From NCBI GenBank assembly GCA_038883855.1, contig JAVZLH010000004.1, positions 1 to 64,000 on the forward strand: a stretch of DNA of 64,000 bases. Direction: 5' to 3'. A program made the position numbers and the translations under genes. The notes beneath the pieces are model-generated. The model was not told the origin of the DNA. It searched no databases and saw nothing but the letters and a program-made list of their open reading frames with translations. Every line of letters starts with the position of its first letter. The stretch's first letter is position 1. This DNA comes from Candidatus Bathyarchaeia archaeon. Lineage in GTDB: Archaea; Thermoproteota; Bathyarchaeia; Bathyarchaeales; Bathycorpusculaceae. Positions 57,388-64,000 of this stretch are shown one piece after another.

Positions 57388-59103
57388 TTACCTCCCTAAA
57401 GCTGCCGAAACGAGCATTAAAATTTGCTCGTTGGTCAGCTTCTTCATTGTTATGGCTTGTTCGGGACATCTAGCCGCACATACCCCGCATCCCTTGCATA
57501 GGTCTTCGTTTACCTGCGCTATTCCTTTCTCGTTCTTTTTAATTGCCTCAACGGGGCAGATAACCGCGCACACGTTGCATCCTACACAGCGGTTTTCATC
57601 CACAACGGCCTTATCGCCTTCGCATAAGTCCATGCTTGCAAGGCATTCTGAACATGGTCCACAGCCCAAACAGCGAAACGCTTCAAAACGCGCCTTCTGC
57701 TTTATCCTCTCCAAATATTCCACAGCTTCTTCAAAGCTTAAATGAGGCTTCTCTATGGGCGGTTCATACCTACGCTCTTTCTTCTTTATAGAACCCCAGT
57801 TTTTAACCCAGGTTGTCTCTTCAACCTTCTCCTCTCTACCCTTCCGCAAATCTTGACCCCTAAGATAAAGATGGATGGAAACAGCCGCCCTTTTTCCAGC
57901 GCCCACAGCCTCAATTATGCTTGCGGGCCCAGTGGCTATGTCGCCTCCAGCGAAAACTCCTGGAACATTTGTTTCCAATGTTAACGGGTCAACTTGTAAG
58001 GGTGGACCCTTTTTGTCTTGGCTTAAAACTTCTGCTGGCAGACACTCGGTTTCAGCCACTTGTCCAAGGGCTGGAATCACCATGTCAACTTCATATTGGT
58101 GTTCTGAGAAACTTATTGGAACTGGGCGTCTTCTTCCGCTTTCATCTGGTTCGCCGAGGCGCATTCTCAGGCATTCAACAGCCTTAACCTTTCCATTTTC
58201 GCCTATAATCTGTTTCGGAGCAACCAACAGGTAGATTTTTATTCCGTCTTTTTCAGCCAGCTCCACCTCGTGCGGCAGCGCCGGCATTTCCTCACGTGAA
58301 CGCCTATAAAGAATCATGACCTCTTTTGCGCCAAGCTTCTTTGCAGTTCTAGCTGCGTCGATTGCGGTGTTTCCGCCGCCGATCACAGCAACCCTTTCGC
58401 CGACGGTAACATGCTCGCCAAGCGCCACCGCCCTCAGAAAGTCTACAGCATTAATAACGCCTTCTAAATCTTCGCCGGGCACATTTAATTTCATGCCTTT
58501 CTGTGTTCCGATGGCTATGAAAAACGCTTTGTAACCATCAGCCTTTAAGCTTTCAAGCGTCACATCTTTTCCAAATTCTACGCCAGTTTTTATTTCAACG
58601 CCTAAATCTTGGATGTAGGCTATTTCGTTTGCAACAACAAATTTTTCAAGACGAAAGTTTGGGAGACAATACCGCATCATGCCGCCTGGCTCGGACATGC
58701 GCTCAAAAACGGTTACGGGATAACCGAGCTTTGCAAGTTCGTAGGCTGCTGTTAACCCTGCGGGTCCAGCCCCTATTACGGCGACTTTTTCGCTGTATTT
58801 CTTCGGTATTGGGTCAGGCTTTACCCGTCCTTGTTCGCGTTCTATGTCTGCAACAAGCCTTTTTAGAGCGCGGATGGCTACGGCTTGGTCAACATTAACT
58901 CTTGCGCAAGCGTCTTCGCATGGGCTGAAGCATACTCTTCCACAGATTGCAGGGAAGGGCATGTCCTTTCTTATAACTTCCACAGCCTCTCTGAATTTAC
59001 CCCTTTGAATCAGAGAAACATATGCTTGAACGTTTACCCGCGCTGGGCACACCGCCCTACACGGGGGCAACAATCTTTTTTCACTTATTGGAATGGCTGT
59101 CAT
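57388..59103 (-). CDS. GltD/SudA/NfnB-like NAD(P)H-dependent Fe-S flavoprotein with C-terminal ferredoxin
   Basis: PPCRAVCP, CGRVCFSPCEDAC, GAGPAG, GGGNTAID, YRRS, AGGD, then three CxxCxxC motifs. Confidence 0.9.
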   Translation of the reverse strand: MTAIPISEKRLLPPCRAVCPARVNVQAYVSLIQRGKFREAVEVIRKDMPFPAICGRVCFSPCEDACARVNVDQAVAIRALKRLVADIEREQGRVKPDPIPKKYSEKVAVIGAGPAGLTAAYELAKLGYPVTVFERMSEPGGMMRYCLPNFRLEKFVVANEIAYIQDLGVEIKTGVEFGKDVTLESLKADGYKAFFIAIGTQKGMKLNVPGEDLEGVINAVDFLRAVALGEHVTVGERVAVIGGGNTAIDAARTAKKLGAKEVMILYRRSREEMPALPHEVELAEKDGIKIYLLVAPKQIIGENGKVKAVECLRMRLGEPDESGRRRPVPISFSEHQYEVDMVIPALGQVAETECLPAEVLSQDKKGPPLQVDPLTLETNVPGVFAGGDIATGPASIIEAVGAGKRAAVSIHLYLRGQDLRKGREEKVEETTWVKNWGSIKKKERRYEPPIEKPHLSFEEAVEYLERIKQKARFEAFRCLGCGPCSECLASMDLCEGDKAVVDENRCVGCNVCAVICPVEAIKKNEKGIAQVNEDLCKGCGVCAARCPEQAITMKKLTNEQILMLVSAALGR

Positions 59104-59225
59104 CGGTTAGACCAGCCTCTTAGAAGTATATTCGAATGTTTTGTCCAATATATTAACCCACCTAAACCATGTTTAACATATATGTAACACAAGATTTTTA
59201 ACAGAAAAAGGGGGGAGTTGAGGGT

Positions 59226-59816
59226 TTATTCGCGGAGCCTTCCTTCAAGTTTGCTTACCCACTTATTGTATTCTCTTGGGCCTAACAAGCCTTTTAGTTC
59301 CTCTTCCAAAGTCATGGAGTTTTTGGGTTTAATCTCGATTATCCAGCCTTCGCCATACGGATCCTCATTTATCAGGTGAGGTTTATCCCTCAAATTCTCG
59401 TTAACCTTAACGATTTTACCGCTTACAGGTGCGTAAAGGTCAAACATGAACATCCATGTTTCAGCCACACCGAAAGGCTCCATTTTGTTAACTTCTTTCC
59501 CAACAGGGTCTGTAATAACGTTTGCAATGCCCTTTAAGTGTTTTTGAGCGTAGTCTGAAACGCCCACGCGTATGTTTCCTTCAGGGGTTATTTGAGCCCA
59601 AGTGTGCTTTGGTGTGTATAGCAGTTGTTCAGGTACCGCTAGGAGTTCTTTGCACTTTTCGGCTGGAATGCCCTCAGCGCGCATAAGTTCTTCTAAGCGC
59701 AGTCGGATTGCTTCTGAAACGAACTCCGATATGCTTCGGTAACGGCCCGTTTTGAGAGCTTTTTCGATTTCTTTTATGAGTTCTTGCCTTATACTTACGG
59801 TTTTCCATTCTGACAT
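59226..59816 (-). CDS. Ribbon-helix-helix domain fused to a glycine-cleavage H-like domain lacking the lipoyl Lys
   Basis: N-terminal KTVSIRQELIKEIE...YRSISEFVSEAIR (RHH). The GcvH domain shows YTPKHTW, VGVSDYAQ, APVSGKIVKVN and INEDPYGEGWI. Confidence 0.88.
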   Translation of the reverse strand: MSEWKTVSIRQELIKEIEKALKTGRYRSISEFVSEAIRLRLEELMRAEGIPAEKCKELLAVPEQLLYTPKHTWAQITPEGNIRVGVSDYAQKHLKGIANVITDPVGKEVNKMEPFGVAETWMFMFDLYAPVSGKIVKVNENLRDKPHLINEDPYGEGWIIEIKPKNSMTLEEELKGLLGPREYNKWVSKLEGRLRE

Positions 59817-59951
59817 TTTACATCAACCTCCTTTACATCTACGTGATATATAGAGCAAAGCTAAAGATATATATCTAACGTAAATAAAAAATATAGAATA
59901 AATAAATGTGTCAAAGTATATATCGTAAGTATAAGTAAAGAGTTGGTAAAT

Positions 59952-61025
59952 ATGGAGATTAGAAAAGTACAGAAAGTCGGCCACTCAACAATGACAGTTT
60001 CACTTCCAAGCGAGTGGGTGAAACAACACAACCTCAAACCCAGCGACCTCCTGTTCATTGTTCCAGAAAGAGACGGTTCGCTTAAGTTGATGCCAAGCCA
60101 ACTAGCCCAAAGAGAGGAAGCAGAAGAATACGTGATAAATGCTGATGCTTGCGATGAGCCTGGAATGCTTGAAAGGATAATTGTCGGCGGTTATATACTT
60201 GGAAGAGACGTAATAAGGGTTATTTCTTCAAGTCGCATAGGGAAAGCCCACGTAGACGAAGTGAGAAATATTGTCCAGAAGCTCATAGGTTTGGGTATTC
60301 TCGAGGAAACGCCGAAGAGCATCCTTCTCCAATGCTCAATTGACTCGACAAAGTTCAAGCTCGACATGTTGATTAGGCGGCTTTCGCTAATCGCCTCCAC
60401 CATATTGTCGGAGGCAGTTCAAGGTTTTCGAGAGAAAAACTATGATTTAGTGGAGGAGGCGATCGCCCGCGAAGATGAAGCAGACAAAATCTACTATTTG
60501 GCAGTGCGTCTGCTGCTTTCTGCACAGATAAAACCAGACATAGCAGAGGAAGTCGGTATGGTAGATATACTTTTCATTCCAGCAGCCAGAGTAATACTAC
60601 AATATTTGGAGTTGGTTGCAGACTACTCGGAATTTTTAGCCAGAGAAGTTCTTGAAATGGAAGTGTACCGTAACAGGTTGCCGAACGAATTGGTTGATAG
60701 AATTTGCCATCTCAGTGAGTTAACCCAAACAATTTTTCAGAAAGCTGTGGAGTGCGTTTTCACAAGAGACTTAAAAGTTGCAAATCAGCTTTTGGAGATG
60801 AAAAACGTACTTGAAATAGACTCAAACAGACTTATGCGAGAGGCGCCAGAGATTCCCTATGTTAGGGCGATTCTTTCATGTCTAAGCAAGATTGCAGACA
60901 AAGGCGCAACCATAGCTGAAATAGCCATAAACAGAGCTTTGGAAGAACCTAGCAGGTACGCGGGGAACATTGTTCGAGCAGTGAAGCACGTGCGGACTAT
61001 GCCGTTACCTGCTGGAAAGAGATAA
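59952..61025 (+). CDS. Archaeal AbrB-PhoU family regulator
   Basis: RKVQKVGHSTMTVSLPSEW AbrB domain followed by PhoU repeats (EDEADKIY, LELVADY, KIAD). Confidence 0.88.
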   Translation: MEIRKVQKVGHSTMTVSLPSEWVKQHNLKPSDLLFIVPERDGSLKLMPSQLAQREEAEEYVINADACDEPGMLERIIVGGYILGRDVIRVISSSRIGKAHVDEVRNIVQKLIGLGILEETPKSILLQCSIDSTKFKLDMLIRRLSLIASTILSEAVQGFREKNYDLVEEAIAREDEADKIYYLAVRLLLSAQIKPDIAEEVGMVDILFIPAARVILQYLELVADYSEFLAREVLEMEVYRNRLPNELVDRICHLSELTQTIFQKAVECVFTRDLKVANQLLEMKNVLEIDSNRLMREAPEIPYVRAILSCLSKIADKGATIAEIAINRALEEPSRYAGNIVRAVKHVRTMPLPAGKR

Positions 61026-61110
61026 CTGATGTTTACATTATACTTGTGCCACTATTAGCACAACAAGATTAAAAAGGCGGAAAGTAAATATTGTATTTAG
61101 AGGGAACTTT

Positions 61111-61566
61111 ATGGATGATTTTGAGGAAGCATTACAAAACATAGACGTCTTCTGCAGAGTTCTAGCTAAGAAGATAGCTGAAAGCTTAAATGATGTTGAA
61201 AGCAACGTTTCAGTTGAGCCTATTGAGAGGCTCTTGAGAAGAAAATATATTATAGAGGAGCAATTTGAACAAAATTCAACGGTTAAACATTTTATTCCGC
61301 TTCCACAAGTTGAGGAGCCTCTAATAGACGTTTTTGAAGATGACAACTACGTTAAAGTTTTGATGCAATGCCACTGTAAAGGCCAAAAAGTAACAATTCA
61401 CAGAGATTCGAGTGGCTTAGAAATATGTTTGGAAAACGTGTGTAGAAAACTTAACCTGCCGGTTGAACAGTTACAAGTTGAAAACATGGTCATGAAATGC
61501 AACAATAACGAAGCTTTAGAAGTTGAAATTCCAAAATTGAAGACAACTGTAAATTACGACCGCTGA
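61111..61566 (+). CDS. Hsp20/alpha-crystallin-like small protein (divergent)
   Basis: EEPLIDVFEDDNYVKV...KLNLP...NNEALEVEIPK resembles the archaeal sHSP core. Confidence 0.65.
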   Translation: MDDFEEALQNIDVFCRVLAKKIAESLNDVESNVSVEPIERLLRRKYIIEEQFEQNSTVKHFIPLPQVEEPLIDVFEDDNYVKVLMQCHCKGQKVTIHRDSSGLEICLENVCRKLNLPVEQLQVENMVMKCNNNEALEVEIPKLKTTVNYDR

Positions 61567-61574
61567 AAGCCCTA

Positions 61575-61778
61575 CTAAATGGGCACGGTTACACCTTTTT
61601 GTTTTATTCTTCTTCTGCAAGCTTCCTCTTCGGCGCACTTTACACAAGTGTAAATGACATCAAACTCGCTTTTCTCAGGGTTTGCAGGATTTACAAGGAA
61701 GGCGAGACACTCTTCACCCTTATTTATTGTCCCGCCACAACAATAGCATTTATGCTCTTTTAAGGCTCTAACCTTCAT
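61575..61778 (-). CDS. Small putative zinc-binding protein
   Basis: RALKEHKCYCCGGTINKGE...YTCVKC, with two CxxC pairs. Confidence 0.7.
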   Translation of the reverse strand: MKVRALKEHKCYCCGGTINKGEECLAFLVNPANPEKSEFDVIYTCVKCAEEEACRRRIKQKGVTVPI

Positions 61779-61819
61779 TTAGCATCCTAAAATTAGGTAA
61801 CATTTCGCACTATTAACAT

Positions 61820-61854
61820 TTTCTAACATAAAAAGATTTCTAACATAAAAAAGA
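61820..61854. repeat. Tandem 17/18-bp direct repeat in T-rich (minus strand) terminator region
   Basis: TTTCTAACATAAAAAGA followed by TTTCTAACATAAAAAAGA, downstream of the second hdrB. Confidence 0.65.
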
Positions 61855-61890
61855 AAAGAAAATAACAAAAATAAGTCTTAGGAGGAGTCG

Positions 61891-62766
61891 CTAGCCTATC
61901 TTCTCAAGCACTTTGTCAATTTTCATTTTGTGGAAGTCAAGCGCCAGCTCCTTGGGTTCCACGCCTAGGCTTAGGCTCAACAGCTCAGCGTAATGGACTA
62001 TAGGCATATTGTATTCTTCTTTATAAGAGGATTTTATCAGCATCTGCCCAAGGTCAAGGGTTAGGAAACAGAAGGGACAAAGCGTTGATATGCAGTCGGC
62101 GCCAGCTTCTGTTGCGTTTACAATTTTGTCTCTTGCTATTGCCAAAGCAACATCGTCCGCGTAACCCCTAAGGAGACCGCCACAACATCTCAGCTTGTTT
62201 CTGTACCAGATGCTTTTTGCGCCTAAAGCCTCAATTAACGTGTCAAAGATTCTTGGGCGTTCAGGATCGTCGAACCTTAAGAGCGCGCTTGGTCTGAGAA
62301 GGTGGCATCCAGAGAAAGAAGCCACTTTCAACTTGCTTAATGGTTTAACAACGCTTCTTTTTAGGCGGTCTACACCAATGTCCTTCATTAAAACTTGAAG
62401 GAAATGCCTAACTTCCTTGTTGCCCTTAAACTCCTTGCCAACATTCGCTAGGATTCTGTTCACCCGTTCTCGCAGTTCCTCTTTTTCTTTCAGCAAAGTG
62501 TTTGTCATTGCCAGAGACTCGAAACATCCCGTGCAAAGTGTGACTATGTTTAGGTCGGCTTCTTCGGCTAGGCAAATGTTGTAGGCTGCAATGGCTAGGC
62601 TTGTTCCCAAATCTATAGACTGCAGCGGTGGAGGAGCGCAACACGTCATATTCTCTAGGTCAACGAGTTCTATTCCCAGCTTTGTTAGGGCTTTTCTCGC
62701 TGAAAGTTCGTAGTGGGGTTGGCGGGCAGGTATTGTGCATCCTAAAAATAACGCGTAGGTCGTCAT
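61891..62766 (-). CDS. hdrB: Heterodisulfide reductase subunit B, second copy
   Basis: FLGCTIP, TCCAP, CTGC, SGCH, CCGG, CPFC. Confidence 0.93.
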   Translation of the reverse strand: MTTYALFLGCTIPARQPHYELSARKALTKLGIELVDLENMTCCAPPPLQSIDLGTSLAIAAYNICLAEEADLNIVTLCTGCFESLAMTNTLLKEKEELRERVNRILANVGKEFKGNKEVRHFLQVLMKDIGVDRLKRSVVKPLSKLKVASFSGCHLLRPSALLRFDDPERPRIFDTLIEALGAKSIWYRNKLRCCGGLLRGYADDVALAIARDKIVNATEAGADCISTLCPFCFLTLDLGQMLIKSSYKEEYNMPIVHYAELLSLSLGVEPKELALDFHKMKIDKVLEKIG

Positions 62767-63272
62767 TGGGATTCACCTTTTTTAAACATGATTTTATCAA
62801 AGCCTGTTGCTGAAAGAATCTTCTTTACGGCGTCGACACCAGTTGGTTTCAAGGGCGGCAGCCCATAGTCTCCCCGCTTCTTTTCCAAGAATTTTGATAT
62901 GGGAACTATGCGTCCTTCATTCATTATCCCAGCTGCGAACTCAGCATAGATGTTGGGTATGTTGCCCTCACGTATGGCCATGTTTCTCAAGGCGTAGATG
63001 ACATCTGCAATTTCAACTTTCTGCGGGCAGCGTTCCTGGCAGTTGTAGCAGGAGGCGCAGAGCCAAATGGCGTCGCCTGCAATGACGTCTTGTCTAAGCC
63101 CTAAAAGTGCGAGGCGAATGATTTGTCTTGGATTGTAGCGGTCTGTGGTTTTTGCTACTGGACAGCTGCTGGCGCATGTTCCGCATTGATAGCAGTAGGT
63201 TATTGTTTCTCCGCCGAGTCTGCTGGTTATCTCTTTTGTAAAGTCTGTGGTTGAAGTTTTTTCCTGCGCCAT
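62763..63272 (-). CDS. hdrC: Heterodisulfide reductase subunit C, second copy
   Basis: CYQCGTCASSCP, WLCASCYNCQERCP. Confidence 0.93.
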   Translation of the reverse strand: MAQEKTSTTDFTKEITSRLGGETITYCYQCGTCASSCPVAKTTDRYNPRQIIRLALLGLRQDVIAGDAIWLCASCYNCQERCPQKVEIADVIYALRNMAIREGNIPNIYAEFAAGIMNEGRIVPISKFLEKKRGDYGLPPLKPTGVDAVKKILSATGFDKIMFKKGESQ

Positions 63273-63287
63273 TATAGTTATCTCCTA

Positions 63288-64000
63288 TTAGGCTAGTTGC
63301 AGCAGCCCTAATTTCTCCACTCTTTCAGTCATAGTTCTAGCGGCTTCAGCGAACTTGTCTCCCTCAATGTAGACGAGGTTAAACATTTCAAGCCTTTCGG
63401 GTTCTATGCCGCACTCCTTAAGCAGCTTCTTCGCCAGTTCCACTTTCACTTTGGTTTTTTGGCTGCCAACTTCATAGTGGCAACCGTCTGGTTTGCATCC
63501 GACAACCATAACTCCTTGGGCGCCAGCCTTGAAGGCTTCGAGTATTTGCTGAACTTGAACCATGCCCGTGCACGGAACTTTCAGCACTCTTACGTTTGCT
63601 GGATACTGCATCATAGCCATGCCTGAAGAGTCCACTGCCGCGTGACCACACTCTGAGCAGCTTATGGCTAGAATCAGCGGTTTAGATGTTCCATTCACTG
63701 AAAGCAACGCCTTCATTTGGGCTGATATTTGGGCTGGCTTCAAGTGGCGGAGTTCAATGGCTCCGACGGGGCATGTTCCTACACATACGCCGCATCCTTC
63801 ACAGAGAAGGTCGTCTACTTTCGCGACAAAGTGCTCCTTGTCCTTTGGCACTAGGCTTATGGCGCCGTATGGGCATGTGACTGGACAGAATTCACAGTCG
63901 CCGCAGTAATCCTCATTCACAAAGGCGGTTTTTCGGTCTTTGATTATTTTGCCATTTGTGAGGAATTTGGCTGCTTTCACCGCCGCCGAGTGGGCATGTA
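63288..64000 (-). CDS. C-terminal part of a probable HdrA-MvhD fusion (truncated by window end)
   Basis: The frame is open to the window end (HAHSAAVKAAKFL, an HdrA-like helix), then two ferredoxin motifs, then an MvhD domain (KVPCTG, GCKPDGCHY, EGDKFA). Confidence 0.8.
   Translation of the reverse strand, partial: HAHSAAVKAAKFLTNGKIIKDRKTAFVNEDYCGDCEFCPVTCPYGAISLVPKDKEHFVAKVDDLLCEGCGVCVGTCPVGAIELRHLKPAQISAQMKALLSVNGTSKPLILAISCSECGHAAVDSSGMAMMQYPANVRVLKVPCTGMVQVQQILEAFKAGAQGVMVVGCKPDGCHYEVGSQKTKVKVELAKKLLKECGIEPERLEMFNLVYIEGDKFAEAARTMTERVEKLGLLQLA

Noticed and set aside
367-63909. Numerous antisense or alternate-frame ORFs in the track (e.g. 1134-1700, 2292-2999, 22775-23605, 32422-32937)
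   Set aside because: They are shadows of well-conserved genes on the other strand or frame and show no recognisable motifs.
49309-64000. Selenocysteine recoding in mvh/hdr genes
   Set aside because: All relevant positions are Cys codons and no in-frame TGA interrupts these ORFs.
1-64000. CRISPR arrays, transposases, integrases, rRNA
   Set aside because: No regularly spaced repeats, mobile-element proteins or rRNA-like sequence were seen. No att-like duplication of the tRNA 3' end was noticed.

Overview
Archaeal genomic window, most consistent with Bathyarchaeia (inferred from gene content, BRE/TATA promoters, GGAGGTG-type Shine-Dalgarno (SD) sites and frequent TTG/GTG starts). Positions 1-38.5 kb form a biosynthetic supercluster: carAB, asd, a LysM-type Lrp regulator, the DAP lysine pathway (dapA, dapB, lysC, lysA, dapF, dapL), pheA, cimA, ilvB/N/C, leuCDBA, thrBC, tyrA, a chorismate mutase-aminotransferase fusion, a second aspartokinase leading aroB'-D-E-K-A-C, and purE-purC-purP-purP. 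Positions 38.8-46 kb hold housekeeping genes, including a stand-alone EF-2 paralog, Ogg and tRNA(CAU). Positions 46-64 kb are a redox region: an AOR-family enzyme with a ferredoxin subunit, MvhADG-HdrABC, a GltD/NfnB-like flavoprotein, an RHH-GcvH fusion and a second hdr cluster. The main result is two unannotated leader peptides below the ORF-track cutoff. MKVASPLTQITTTTGTGSR (Thr-rich) lies before thrBC, and MDNPVATRTTYFGYFSGYWAFGY (Tyr/Phe/Trp-rich, plus Thr) lies before the aspartokinase-aro operon. Each sits in the same architecture of mutually exclusive RNA stems ending at the SD of the first gene. This suggests ribosome-mediated attenuation in an archaeon. All folding was done by eye and the mechanism is inferred.
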